Part shown: positions 1 through 13,465 of the stretch, in pieces
How the letters are laid out: every line of letters begins with the position of its first letter
Position numbering within the stretch: the first letter of the stretch is position 1
The notes under the pieces: model-generated
Told to the model about the DNA's origin: nothing
The model's database searches: none
What the model saw: the letters and a program-made list of their open reading frames with translations, nothing else
Made by a program: the position numbers and the translations under genes
NCBI RefSeq assembly: GCF_964355755.1
Contig: NC_092676.1
Coordinates: 10,517,888 to 10,581,887, forward strand
Origin: Antedon mediterranea
Taxonomy: Eukaryota; Animalia; Echinodermata
Direction of reading: 5' to 3'
Length of the DNA: 64,000 bases

Positions 1-9
1 TTTATACAG

Positions 10-290
10 TAGGACCATCTTATACAGTTTGTCAATCAACTAAAATAAAAAGGAAATGAATATCACCAAATCTTTGATTTAGAGATTATCAGAAAGCATT
101 TGACTCAATAAAACAGGCATTACCATATTAGAGGGAAATATTATACCTCAACAAATATTAATTACGATCGTTCAAAGAGAAGTTAAGGAAGATTAGTAAG
201 ACAAGGCGACACTTAAGATCTTCACTGCATTGGAAGAGGTGTTTAATCAAAGAGCTAATCTAAAAAATAGAGTAAATATCACTTTAAAGA
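10..290 (+). mobile_element. RTE-type LINE RT fragment
   Basis: DYQKAFDSIK and VRQGDT..FTALEEVF remnants. Confidence 0.6.
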
Positions 291-681
291 CAAAATAAAC
301 AGTTAATTTAACCAAAATCTTTAACCTATTTTTTGCTTTGAATTACAGTTTTTTTTGGGTATGCACTATATCATTTTTTTTTCAATCCAATTTTTGGTGA
401 AACTATTATGTGTGACATTAAAATTGCATATTCAACAAAAATATTTGTCAAAATTACTTTTTTCAGGGGGAAAATAAGTATATCTTTAATAGCATGTGAT
501 ATTATTAGCAAATATTTCAAATGTAGTTTTAAAACTTTCCCATTACAAACAATTGCCATAATTCTGATAACATTACAATACACCCATCACTCTGGGACTT
601 ATTTTCAAATGTAGCTAAAAACTTTCCAGTACAATTCCGGCCATTTTGATGTGTATATATGCATGCAGTAGCATTGGAAAA

Positions 682-1604
682 GCGAGAGAGGGGGAGGTGG
701 TTGGGTTGATGGAGAGACACATATTTTTTACATGTTTGTCTACACTATAAACTAGTTTAACAAAAAAGGTGTGATGCGCCCAAATATGGTAGTGATATGT
801 CATTCATCGTGTCCATATATGGGCACATCACATTTTTTTGTCGCATAAAAATGTTATAGTGTAGACAGAGTTTAACATTTGTGTAACATGTAACAAAAAT
901 ATGTGTCTCTCCATCCACCCCAACCCCCTCCCCTCTCTCGATCTCTTTTTATAGATTATTAATTGCTAAATATATGCAAAACGATGGGTCATATCTCAAA
1001 ATGACATTTCCAATTGAATTCTGACAAAATATTTTGTTAGAGCAAATATAAATGTGTATATTCTAAACAATTTGACACCAAACTGAACTTTTTAGGACAA
1101 ATAGTTACCGAGATATTGACATATTCAAACATTAGAGGTTAAGGGTCAAAAAAGCTTAATTTATGGTAATTTTTGGAAAAAAGTTTCTATTAGACTAAAT
1201 ATTAGATTTATTTTCTTAACATTTTGAGCCCATTCTCAAATCTCTGAGATTGCGTGTTATTAAGATATTAGGCAATCAAGGTCAAAGGTCAAACTGAAAA
1301 ATAAAGCCTTAGCGGCCATTTTTGTACAATTTTTTTCATTATAGCGAATATAAATATATATCTTCCAAGCATTTTGAAAAAAAAATAAATGTAAAATGTC
1401 CCTGCGTTGTCAAGATATGACAATTTTTAGTTATATAATAGAAAAATATAAAAATTGAGGTCAGAGGTCACAGAGGTCAAATCAGATTTCCAGTAACTTT
1501 GTTTTGGCATCTCCATACTATACTCTACCAAACTGCTATATTGAAAAATTTGTATCCAGTCTGGTAACATCCCACCCTTTTTTCTCCCCTTAGGGACTGG
1601 ACTA
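682..1604. mobile_element. Right part of another Academ-like element with an internal 260-bp palindrome
   Basis: Imperfect palindrome 682-940; GGTCAAAGGTCA motifs; ends GGACTA at 1604. Confidence 0.5.
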
Positions 1605-4209
1605 CAACGTTAGGACATTTTTCGACAACGGGAAGTAGCCTAATTTGCATAATTAAAAATGGCCCCCATTTTTAATAACGTACTCTGTATCTTGGAAACC
1701 GCTAGTCACAGATACTTAATTATGGTGTCAAAATCGTTAGAATATATGTTTTTATATTCACTTTATTGAAAAAGTTTGTCCAAAAATGAATGGAAGTGCT
1801 ATTTCTAACATTATTGACCTTTGACCTTGAATTCTCATATCTCAGCAACCACAAATCGGAGATATACAAATTAAGGCTTAAATTGTTCAGAAACTACACA
1901 TTTATATTTAGTCTATATAATGGCATGTTTTTGCAAAAAATGGCGGATTCTAACATTATTGACCTTTGACCTTGATTTATCATATCTTAGCAACCACTAA
2001 TCTGAGAGACACACAATATGGCTCAAACTGTTCAGAAAACTACATATTTATATTTAGTCTAATGGCATGTTTTTGCAAAAAATGGTCGATTCTAACATTA
2101 TTGACCTTTGAACTTTGCACTACATAAAATCGCATAACTTTGAAAATATTGTACATATGAAATTATTTTTAGTGTCAAATTATTCAAAACATACATGTTT
2201 CTATAGAGTCCAATGACACATTATGTCCAATAATGACCTATTGTATGGTTATTAACATTTGAACTATATTTGAAAAGGATTTTTAAACCCGGAATCTTCT
2301 TCATGTAGGCATTCATTAGAACATGTGATTTGGCACTACCTGTTTAGAATATGGTGGTAATTTAAAGTGCATGTAACCAGTTGATTTAAATTAAATTTAA
2401 AAACTGAAAATATTCACTTAAAAAAAATTATTAGACTATATATACATACATTATAGGTTTGGATTATTAATACATTTTTAATTAGGTCTTACATCTTACT
2501 CAGGAGAAAGTTGGTGTTGACACTATTAACAGAGCCAACAAAAATGTAGTTTTTTTTATGATATATTGTACATACTTTAAATAGGCCAAGCCATTTTGCA
2601 GGTTTATTAACGTTTTTTTCAAGTTAGTGATTTATTTTTTTATCAAATTAAATTGCCATAAAATGGCATATTCAAAAATCAAATTTCTAAAGATTATTTA
2701 GTTTATATTTTGCTAAGGATAGCATCACTCTTGAGGGCATTCTTTTAGGTTGAAACATAGTCTTATTAAGAAGGCATTTTCTACTAATAGACGCATTGTT
2801 GACAACTGGAATTTTAAAAGATCGATATTAATGCAACATATTTAGTTTAGTTTAATTTATTGGCTATCGAGACTCATAATTAGGCTGACCACCACTTGCA
2901 ATATTTTTGCCGTATACAGTAAAAACCTCAGTTTCTTATGGAATTTATTTATTTATTTCAATAACCATATACAGTACGACTACTAGTGGTGTATAGTTTT
3001 TAAGCTTTTATAACTTGTTTTTGTACCTTTTTTACGTGAATGTATTGTGTATGTACCATGTTTCTGTGTGGTTTAATTTTTACCATTTTTTAACCATCAA
3101 TTTTAATGCTTTTAATATAAATATCTTGTAATTCAGCTTCAGCTGCGAAAACGATAAGAAATAAAATAAACAAACGTGTAACTTGTAGGCAGTTTGTGGA
3201 TGAATGCAATAGTTTATGCTTATAAATTTAATGTACCATGGCCTACTTTAAACTAAACATAATAATTCAACGTTGCAACTCTTACATTTTAGAGTGCCAA
3301 ATCACATGTTCTAATGGATGTCCACATGAAGAAGATTCCGGGTTTAAAGACTTTTCAAATATAGTTCAAATGTTAATAACCATACAATAGGCCATTATTG
3401 GACATAATGTGTCATTGGACTCTATAGAAACATGTATTTGATGTTGTATTGTTTTATGTTTCAAACCTGCTAGTGGCGGTATTTATCGCTGTTGGTTTTG
3501 ATTGAATAAAATAAAAATAAAAATAAAAAGTATGTTCTGAACAATTTGACACTAAAAATAATTTCATATGTACAATATTTTCAAAGTTATGCGATTTTAT
3601 GTAGTGCAAAGTTCAAAGGTCAATAATGTTAGAATCGGCCATTTCTTGCAAAAACGTGCCATTAGACTAAATATAAATATGTAGTTTTTGAACAGTTTGA
3701 GCCATATTGTGTGTCTCTCAGATTAGTGGTTGCTAAGATATGATAAATCAAGGTCAAAGGTCAATAATGTTAGAATCCGCCATTTTTTTGCAAAAACATG
3801 CCATTAGACTGGATATAAATGTGTAGTTTCTGAACAATTTAAGCCCTAATTTGTATATCTCCGATTAGGGGTTGCTGAGATATGATAAATCAAGGTGAAA
3901 GGTCAATAATGTTAGAAATAGCACTTCCATTCATTTTTGGACAAACTTTTTGATTAAAGTGAATATAAAAACATATATTCTAACGATTTTGACACCATAA
4001 TTAAGTATCTGTGACTAGCGGTTTCCAAGATACAGAGTACGTTATTAAAAATGGCAGCCATTTTTAATTATGCAAATTAGGCTACTTCCCGTTGTCGAAA
4101 AATGTCCTAACGTTGATAAATGTGTTCAGTAGGGTCTAAAGAACACATTTCATCAAAAAAACCTTTTCTTGCAATTTGTGTGAGTTAAAAGTCTAAATCC
4201 CATTGACTA
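1605..4209. mobile_element. Academ-family non-autonomous foldback (left terminus missing)
   Basis: Inverted arms about 1605-2337 and 3296-4115; right end ...CCCATTGACTA. Shares TAATTTGCATAATTAAAAATGGC, CTAGTCACAGATA and TGACCTTTGACCT blocks with the 57046-60933 element. Confidence 0.75.
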
Positions 4210-4224
4210 ATACACTTATGAACA

Positions 4225-5425
4225 CTAGATGGTACGCTCGCTTCGCTCGCGTACCATCTAGTTCGTGCCCACAGATGGTTCTCGAATACATAGTAATTTC
4301 AGCGTAAAAAGCTGGCAATTTCAAATGTACGTACGGCAGGACTATAAAACATTGTCGTTTACAGAAACAAATAAGTAGACACAATGATTTATGTAGTCAA
4401 CCAAAATTAACACCTAGAAACTTGTCACAAAATGAGTCGAAATTTGTTATTTGGACTCATTTAAACAAACCCAATTTTGTTAAATTATTTTTTATATTTC
4501 TTTATTATCCAATCATTAACGAAGTATTTTTTGTATAGGCCTATAAATAATATACCACTAAATAGAGTAAAACATTTCCGATTTAATACTTTATTGAAAC
4601 TGTCACTGTCTCATGGTCGATTGACATAGTAAAGTACATTTAAAGACCACTAATACGTTTATATTTTTGTAATTATTAATTAATACAAACGTTGAGAAAC
4701 AACTGACGGTAATAAAGTATTATATTATTATGTGTTTATAATCTAAAAGTAGGGACTACCCACACTCACAGTGATAAAGTTTATTAGTATATTTGTTTAT
4801 ATTATATCTAACAGTAGCAACACACTTTTGATTCAAATGGCGATCAAAAGTGGTTAATACCTATTTGCAGTATTGTATAGCATTACAATACTATTTCTGT
4901 TTATTCTCCAAGGGTCTATAAATTTACCTACTTGTGTTAAACCATGGAGGTATGCAATAATTTGGAATGTTTCATTCATTGCAAATCAATACATTTCTAT
5001 AAACGTATATTAAATCTATCAAAATAGTATTTTGTAAAGAAAATCGGCCTGTCTTCAACATTATGATGCTGTACTCTAGCTGTTCAACCGGTTTTCAGCT
5101 ATTAAAAACAATTATCGTAGGAGGAGATAGAAAAATGCGAAGCCTCCTCGCATTTTTGTGGTGGGTATTTTTCAAGATGGACATCCATTAGACAGTGTAT
5201 ACCACGATCGAAAAACACCCCTATTTGGGGCAAATCGTTGAACCTAAATTCGTTTTAATCGTCAATAACTAATTATCTAACTTAATTTAATTAGGAAACA
5301 GGGTTACATCAGGTGGTTAAAATCAGTACCGAAAGTACGAACCAACTTTATATACCATCGAGTAAAAATTCTAGAAGTAAGGCGCGATTTACCGAATTTT
5401 GCCCTTACGTAAATTTATATATAGA
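4225..5425 (-). mobile_element. Non-autonomous Helitron candidate
   Basis: Minus strand starts A|TCTATATATA and ends with a GC hairpin then CTAG|T; related duplicated units follow at 5426-6270. Confidence 0.5.
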
Positions 5426-7243
5426 TACTGATTAAGGATTCATTATTTAAGTTTAAAATCCGGGCCAAAGTCACTTAAGAAAAGGTTTGAGGTGTGGAGT
5501 ATGTAGGACCCAGAAATGGGTCCTGTTCAATTTTAAGGGGATGACCATTCCTGTGCTAATTTAACCTAAGAAAGACTTATTGTGCCACTAATGAATGAAT
5601 GAATGAATGATGGTTTTAAAAAAGTCTCACTTTGTAGAAAAAACCCATTCTGTAGAATGTGCAGTGTCCGGATTTATAGATAAATCAATTATTTCAGTCA
5701 TATTTCAATTAAATTAAATTTTAGTTAATATTTTAAGTAGGCCTACATCGACCAAACCAATTTTAAAATGTTCACTGACCTATCAGGAATCAAGATCTAT
5801 AATTCCTAAATGATCCATTCCTGTGCTACATTAATTTAAGAACGCCCTTAATTAGTGCTAGACATTTAATTATTATTTAAAAGTACATCAACGAGATTCA
5901 CACCACACACACTTTGAAACATACTGATTAAGGATTCATTATTCTTAAGTTTGAAATCCGGGTCCAAAGCCACTTAAAAATGGGTCAAACCCATTTAAGA
6001 GTGGGTTAAAGGTCAAAATAATCAAAAATCATATTTAAGTCGTATATAGAGTAGCCTACATTGACCAAACAAATTTTAAAATGTTCTCTGGCCTAATGTT
6101 CTATCAGGAACCAACATCCTTAATTCTTAGATGACCATTCCTGTGCTAATTTAACCTAATAAAGACTTATTGTGCCACTAATGAATGAATGATGGTTTTA
6201 CAAAAGTCTCACTTTGTAGAAAAAATTGTCCGGATTTATAGATAAATCAATTATTTCAGTCGTATTTCAGTTTAGTAGTAGGTCTAAGTATTGGACAAAA
6301 CTTAGTCGAACATTGGAATAACATTTGTTAGACAAAAGATAACTTCTGATAAGATTAAACCTGCATGGATATATAAAGCATGGCAAGGATCTACAATAGC
6401 CCTGCTGCCATAACCCTTCTGATAGAGTGAGGATAGAAACAACATCAAGTCCACTAATACAGGAGTCTCTTAAATTATTAGGGAAAGCACCACTGTATGA
6501 TTGCAAAACAAGAGAACAAGAGATAAGAGTCTAAGAGTAATCTCAAAGTGTAGCAGGGATACAATTTAATGGGTTGAATTTTATTAGCAATCAAACCTGG
6601 ATTTACATATCGAGGATACCCTCTGACGGCAATTGCACTTCCATTTTGGTAATCTAGCTGGAAATTTAAAACGTCTGAAAGTTCAATGTTTAAACGTACC
6701 TTACAGTATTGTAAGTGCCTAAATAATAGATTCTTTTCTATGGAAGATATCAACATCTTCCATCCACTATAAGCATAGGGTTAAAACATATACATGTCGA
6801 TGTCTGGTGTTAATGATGAATGAATATACATTATTTCCTCATACCAATACTTTATATTATTCAGAAAGCTCTTCTTTTCCAGTGTATCAATTAGACTTTG
6901 TTGGATCTCTATCAGAAAGGGAACTGATTTGGATAGATCTTTGTTGCCACGCTGATCATCCGTACAGGTTTATCAGACGCCATGCCATCTCTTGCTATTT
7001 CTTGAAGCAGCTTCATCATTGCTAGTGCAATGAGGTCTACTCTTGAATATGACTGGAATAATTGATTTGTATGTTCTCCAGATACTGAATGTACCTTAAT
7101 CCATCATCTATCCATTATCAGCGCAGTTCATCAACCTCAGAATCTCAGAGCCATATTATTAGAATTAATGTTCTTTGCCTGTTGTGTTAATATTTTATAT
7201 ATGGCTCTGAACATTCTCTCATGTTGCATGCTAGGTTTACTCT

Positions 7244-7570
7244 GGTTTTACCGAATGCCACTTCGCCGACAGACTACTGGTCGACAGACTATTCACCGAC
7301 CAGACATTTTGCCGACAGGACATTTGGCCGAAAGGACATTCGCCTACAGAATCGACATTTTGTCGAAAACCATTTTGCCGACAGAAAATTTGCCAACAGA
7401 CAATTGATCCACAGACACTCGACTGACAAGTCATTTTGCCGACAGGCATTTGGCCGACAAGGTTTTCTGACATTTATACAGTTGGCCGACATACAATTAA
7501 TCGGCAGACAATACACTCACAGGTTACATTTTGCCGACAGGATTCTTTGCCGACAATATTACTGGTCATC
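7244..7570 (+). repeat. Degenerate array of GACATTTTGCCGACA units (MULE-MITE subterminal type)
   Basis: About 15 imperfect units of about 20 bp; no partner end seen. Confidence 0.6.
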
Positions 7571-10218
7571 AATACACTAATTATAAATATGAGTTTTGAA
7601 CTGAATTGAAAACGTTTTGCATGTTACGAACACCGAAAAATAAAGTGAATACAAGAATAAATGTATAAACAATTATTCCAAAAAATCAGATTCATATTAT
7701 CGTATTACAGTCCGTTTTGATAACCCCCCCCCCCCACCCCTTGCAAAAATGTTGAAATATTATAACAAATGCTTGGTAAATTGTAGAAAACAGTGTGATG
7801 AATTCTAATACAAAAATATTATAATTGTGTTATTATAAATGTGAATGGACGTTTATTATATAGTTGGGTTGGGGGGGGGGGGGGAATTATTATTCAAAGT
7901 AATGTTTTATTGGAGAGGTGTTTATTAAAATAAATACCATCTTAATAATTATTAATACATTATTTAATTTAAACATCTTTTGAAACTAACTGCCGTGACA
8001 GAGTGGGCCCAAGAAAGAAGACATTACGGCTTGCAACATGGGCAGACATCTCGGTCCTAACGGGACACAGGAAGATAGTCTACAGTTATTCCTGCCAGCT
8101 TACTCAATAAAACTCAGCTATCGGGATTTCACTCGATTTAAAAAAAATGTCTTATCATCAAATCTCGACCCTATGTAATTTTATAATACTATTCCCCACA
8201 ATATATTCCGATTCTTTATGGCGTATATTTAATTTGTTCTTTATTAATTTGCAGTATAATTTCTATTTTTTAACTACTGTACCTTCAAACACGCGCGGTA
8301 TGTTTTAAAATAAACAAAAAACTGAAATGGCTATGACTAATGGCCAACTTAAGCTCCAGTCCTACTATCTGATTTTTTTTTTCGTCTTCCAAAGGGACAC
8401 TGTATTGATTGATGGAAAGTGCCTGTTTCCCGTCACCTTTAGGGTCAAATCTATTATTTTAACTGCTCCCTTGTGTATAAAAGAGAGAAAATAGTTGAAA
8501 CCAGGTTGTTGCAAGGTGAACTTATCGTAAACCCGGAAATTACTTTGACCGCGAAGAATTGAAATTTAGTTGAAAATCTACTGTTGAAATCATAAATTTT
8601 GTTAAAAAACTCTTTATAATATCTTCCTAAGATAGAAATATGGAACAATAGCGTCGAACTGAACACTAATGTTATCAAATCTACGTTTCGCGGTACATCT
8701 GAGATAGATAAGGTAGGTAGGCCTATCCAAGGCAGAGATTTGTACCGAAGTTTTTGCATTGTGCTCGCCTATGTCAGAATTAACCATAATTTATATATAG
8801 ATAAACAATTATTGAAGCATCCGTGCATTAACATCCATCAAACAGTGTGTAAAACGTTCGGAAAACACCCCTCGTGTGAATTTCATAATCGTCTAGGCCT
8901 AATAAATATTGATTTAGATTATCTGTCCTAATTATTTAGGCTTAATTTTAGTTTGTAATTGATGAATTATGATGCGTTTTTAACCTGATGTTCAGGTTTG
9001 ATTAATCTGCCATATTCGTGTTTTATTTGCGTGTGTTCAGCTTGTATTGTAAATAGGCCTATAAAGTGAGCCACAGGTGAAATAGGTTAAAAACGGCCGA
9101 TTTGGAGGTTTTAAACTGGGTTAGGTTGAATAAGACATTTTATTTAATGCTTTTGGTAAAGCCTAAGTGGGGGTGACATAAACTGACATTAGCGACATTG
9201 CCTACCGCTCCATAATCAACTCCAACCTTTGTGTAGGCCCTAATTAGGATGTAGGTAGGCCTAGGCACTAAACTTATTTATTTAGTGTAGTTCCACTTCG
9301 ACGAACGTTTCTCATTGTATGTGTTATGCGCGATTTGAACGATTTGCGCAATTTAAAATTGCGCAAAGAATTCCTTGCGCAATTTGAATTGAAACATCTG
9401 TTTCAAATTGCGCAAGCAACGTATTAAATTGCGCAAGTAATCTGCAAACTGCGCAAGGTTTTTCGACAGATTGTGAAATCATGCACACCCATATTTTCAT
9501 AGTAATTTCTAAGAATGATTCAAAATTAAAGATAATATATCGCATTTCCTTATTTTAGTAGTGAAAATATTGTTATTGTTAGCATACCGTCGAAGACCCG
9601 ACAAAGGACCACAAAGGTGGTGTTCCCGGCGGGCGGCTAATAGTAATACTACTCTAGCCAAAGATGCTCTAGCCTACTGTATGGCTATGTTTTGATAGCA
9701 AGTCTAAACGTTGGTGGCGGTAGACTGTTGTGTATTACTACATTATTTTTTGTTATTTTTACATTTATTTTGATTTAATTTAAGTTAATATTAAGCTAGT
9801 TGTCGTGTATCGTCGTAGACAAATTAATAAGTACGTTGAGATGAGTATAATAATGAACGTATTTAATGAAACCAGCTAGTAGTTATGAACAATAGTATAG
9901 AACGTTTTGTAGGCTAACCTCGTCCGACCATATGCGCAGTACGCATATATTATATGTGCGCGTGCATATACTACACTCCTCCTTTCTTATTTTAACGTTA
10001 ACATTATATCAATAAGCACAATAAACTTTCGTTAATTATTTTGTTAATCAAATAGGTTAATCATCGTGATTAAATTACTGCTTCTATAGTTCCAGATAGT
10101 TCTTATTTGGTTCCTCATAATAATTAACAAATGTGAGTAATTCTCACCATTATAATTTTGTGTAAAAACATGAACAACATAACTTTAACGTTCATAATAA
10201 TAACATTGTTCACAAGTT

Positions 10219-13200
10219 CTATATCTCTTCGATAAGTCGTGTTGGCTTCCTTCGAAGTCGCGTGGAGCGTCGTGGAATAACCTCAGGCGATGAAGACAAT
10301 CTATGTTCCTCTTCAACCGGTTGGTTGGTGGATGTTTGCTCTTTGTTCGCAATCATTTCGCTCGCAATCGTTATTGGTACTGTCTGTTTAATCTTGTGTT
10401 CCAACTCGCTATGTGAAGTAGGGGTTTTACTCGCGTACGCGTCCGCGTCTGTCGCTTTCAACTGGTCAATGTGTCTTTTCCACACTCGGCCATCCTCAAC
10501 ACTAATTACGTATGATTTTGGAGCGGTACGTTCTATCACGGTACCTGGCCACCACTTTCCCTCTTGTCGGAAATCTTTCACTAATACCATTTCACCTGTG
10601 TAAAATTCTCGTAGATCTTTCGTTTTGTCGTGATGAAGCTTCTGATCACTCTGCTTGTTAAGTACCTTGTTTTCTGTACTGGGATGTAAAAGTGATACTC
10701 GCGTTCTTAACTCACGGCCCATGAATAACTTCGCTGGCGTTTGTCCCGTAGTTGCGTGTTTTGTTGTGCGATACGATAAAAGAAATCTGTCCAAACATTG
10801 TTGGAAATCCTTCCCATTAGCTCGGCTTGCCGCTAACGATCTTTTGAAAGATTGAACCATTCGTTCTGCTGCTCCGTTGCTTGCGGCGTGATAAGGTGCA
10901 ACCTTTACATGTTTCACCCCGTTTTGCTTTAAGAAGAATTCAAATTCGTCGCTAACAAATTGAGGTCCATTATCGCTTACAAGTTGAACAGGCAATCCGT
11001 ATCTACTGAACAACTCTCTCATCGCTTTGATGGTCGCTGCACTCGTCGTACTGTTCATCTGAACGACTTCTGGCCATTTCGAATATGAGTCAACCACTAC
11101 TAGATAATCTCGTTTATCTTTCTGCGCATAGTCAATATGTATTCGTGTCCAAGGCTGATTTGGCCAGATCCAGGGCATCATTGGTGCTACGCTTGGTCGA
11201 CTTTGTGTTTGGTGACATGCTTGACATTGCTTCACCAATCGTTCAATGTCGGAATCTATCTGGGGCCACCAGACATGACTTCGCGCAATCTCTTTCATAC
11301 GCACGATTCCGGGGTGAGCACAATGAAGCTCCTCCAGAACTGCCCCTCTGAGTTTCGGTGGAATCACTACCCTGTATCCCCACAGCAAACAGTCCTGTTC
11401 TACACTCAATTCGTCTCTTCGGTGTAGGAATGGTTTTAGATCGTCGTCGTTTTCTGACTGCCATAAACCTGTCTGTACCATGTATAACACTTTGCTCAAT
11501 AGCGGGTCTTTCCTGGTATGCTGTTGTACGTTCGTACTCGTGACTGGCAAATTGTCTAATGTATGCCCCGCTATGTTATATACTGCATCGTCTTCCCGTC
11601 CTTCGTATGGCATTGGGAGACGTGAGAGTGCGTCGGCAATTACGTTCTGTTTTCCAGGAATGAACTTTAAATCGTATTCGAACGCTGACAGCACGATTGC
11701 CCATCGCTGTAATCTCTGTGCGGCCAGTGTCGGAATAGCTGATTTAGGTCCTAGAATGCGTTCAAGTGGCTTATGATCAGTTCTTATCGTGAATTTCCGT
11801 CCGTATAAGTATGTTCTAAACCTTTGAAGTCCAAACATGATGCTTAGGGCTTCCTTGTCTAGTTGTGCATAACCCTTTTCGTGTTTATGCAGGCTTCGCG
11901 ATGCGTACGCGATCGGTGTTTTGATATTGTTCTCGTTTACGTGGCAAATGACTGCGCCAACTCCGTATGGTGATGCGTCCGTGTATAGTTCCAGTGGTTT
12001 TAATGGGTCATAATGCGTCAACATCATGTCTTCGCTAATAATTCGCTTTACCACGTTAAACGCTTTACTACAGTCGACAGTCCATGACCATGGTTTGCTT
12101 CCCAACAGCTCATTCAAAGGATGTATCATCGTCAATAATCGTGGAATAAATGACGCGTGATAGTTAACTAGTCCTAGCCAGGATCTTAGTTCTGTTGCAT
12201 TCTGTGGTGCTCGTGCATCCTTGATGGCTTTCACTTTATCGTTTGTCGGTTGAATTCCTGCTGCTGATAGCTTACGTCCCATGTAGACTACTTCCTTTTG
12301 TACAAACGCGCATTTCTCAGCTTTCACTCTGAGACCATACTTGTTAAATCTCTCAAATAGTTTCTCAAGATTACTAATATGCTCTTTATCAGACGCACCT
12401 GTAACAAGAACATCGTCCATGATCGCACATGTTCCTTTAAGTCCTGCTATCACCTGTTCTATGAATCGCTGCCATATGGCTGGACTGGACGAAATACCAA
12501 ACGGTAACCTCGTGTATCGATATAATCCGCGGTGCGTGTTGATCGTTACCAACTCTTGCGCCTCGTCTTCCAGTACTAACTGCTGGTACGCACATTTCAA
12601 ATCAATCTTAGAAAATCGCTTTCCACCTCCCAACTTGGTGAAAACTTCCTCTGGGGTCGGAATTGGATATTGGTCGCAATTTAAACTCGGGTTGACTGTT
12701 ACTTTATAATCTCCGCAGACACGTACCCTGCCATCGGCCTTTGGAATACATACCAATGGGGTTGCCCACTGACTAAAGTCTACCGGATAAATAACTCCTT
12801 CGTTTTGCATTCTGTCTAACTCTACCTCAACTGCGGAGCGTAGCGCAAATGGAACATTTCGAGCTTTGCAGAATTTTGGGATTGCGTTCACTTTTAGATG
12901 TAATGTCGCTTTGTGTCCCTGAACCGTACCTAATTCCGTTCGGAAAACTTCTGGGAACTTCCGTTTGAATGACTGACCGACATCGTTATCTATTTCTACC
13001 GAATTCTGAGCAAGCGATGGTGGAAATAATGACTTCCAGTCCAACTTAATCACTTCTAACCAGGTTCTTCCAAGCAAGGGTGGTGAGTTTCGTCGCTGTG
13101 TTCTCACTACTATCAGTGGGAGAACGTTACTCTGGCCCCTATAGTTCACGGTGACTTTAATTTCTCCTGCTATATCGAGCTTAGTACCTGTGTATGCGTG

Positions 13201-13380
13201 AAGTGTACGTTTTACTGACTTTAATGGTAGATGGCTAAGCTTGCTTTCGTAATCGTCAAAGCTAATTATCGATACTGCTGCGCCCGTATCTACTTCAAAA
13301 TCAATATCTATATCATCAACTCGCATCTGTACCGTTATTGGTGGTACCGAATTGTCCTGCTTAATGCCTACGCAAAACAT
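10219..13380 (-). CDS. pol: Gypsy Pol polyprotein (protease, RT, RNase H, integrase)
   Basis: 1053-aa open frame: VDTGA protease, RLPFG and IMDD RT, YTDAS RNase H, HCAH..CQAC zinc finger, HIDY/SDNG/AERMV DDE core. The frame stays open upstream to about 13494. Confidence 0.95.
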   Translation of the reverse strand: MFCVGIKQDNSVPPITVQMRVDDIDIDFEVDTGAAVSIISFDDYESKLSHLPLKSVKRTLHAYTGTKLDIAGEIKVTVNYRGQSNVLPLIVVRTQRRNSPPLLGRTWLEVIKLDWKSLFPPSLAQNSVEIDNDVGQSFKRKFPEVFRTELGTVQGHKATLHLKVNAIPKFCKARNVPFALRSAVEVELDRMQNEGVIYPVDFSQWATPLVCIPKADGRVRVCGDYKVTVNPSLNCDQYPIPTPEEVFTKLGGGKRFSKIDLKCAYQQLVLEDEAQELVTINTHRGLYRYTRLPFGISSSPAIWQRFIEQVIAGLKGTCAIMDDVLVTGASDKEHISNLEKLFERFNKYGLRVKAEKCAFVQKEVVYMGRKLSAAGIQPTNDKVKAIKDARAPQNATELRSWLGLVNYHASFIPRLLTMIHPLNELLGSKPWSWTVDCSKAFNVVKRIISEDMMLTHYDPLKPLELYTDASPYGVGAVICHVNENNIKTPIAYASRSLHKHEKGYAQLDKEALSIMFGLQRFRTYLYGRKFTIRTDHKPLERILGPKSAIPTLAAQRLQRWAIVLSAFEYDLKFIPGKQNVIADALSRLPMPYEGREDDAVYNIAGHTLDNLPVTSTNVQQHTRKDPLLSKVLYMVQTGLWQSENDDDLKPFLHRRDELSVEQDCLLWGYRVVIPPKLRGAVLEELHCAHPGIVRMKEIARSHVWWPQIDSDIERLVKQCQACHQTQSRPSVAPMMPWIWPNQPWTRIHIDYAQKDKRDYLVVVDSYSKWPEVVQMNSTTSAATIKAMRELFSRYGLPVQLVSDNGPQFVSDEFEFFLKQNGVKHVKVAPYHAASNGAAERMVQSFKRSLAASRANGKDFQQCLDRFLLSYRTTKHATTGQTPAKLFMGRELRTRVSLLHPSTENKVLNKQSDQKLHHDKTKDLREFYTGEMVLVKDFRQEGKWWPGTVIERTAPKSYVISVEDGRVWKRHIDQLKATDADAYASKTPTSHSELEHKIKQTVPITIASEMIANKEQTSTNQPVEEEHRLSSSPEVIPRRSTRLRRKPTRLIEEI

Positions 13381-13465
13381 TGTATCTACAAAATCGTCAT
13401 TACCTTTGTCGTAATCCGGCGCTTCTACTTGCTTGATGGATTTAGGTTTATATTGTTTTGTTGAT

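Noticed and set aside
7168-7580. Overlapping ORFs on both strands
   Set aside because: They arise from a stop-poor repeat array with units of about 20 bp; no domain.
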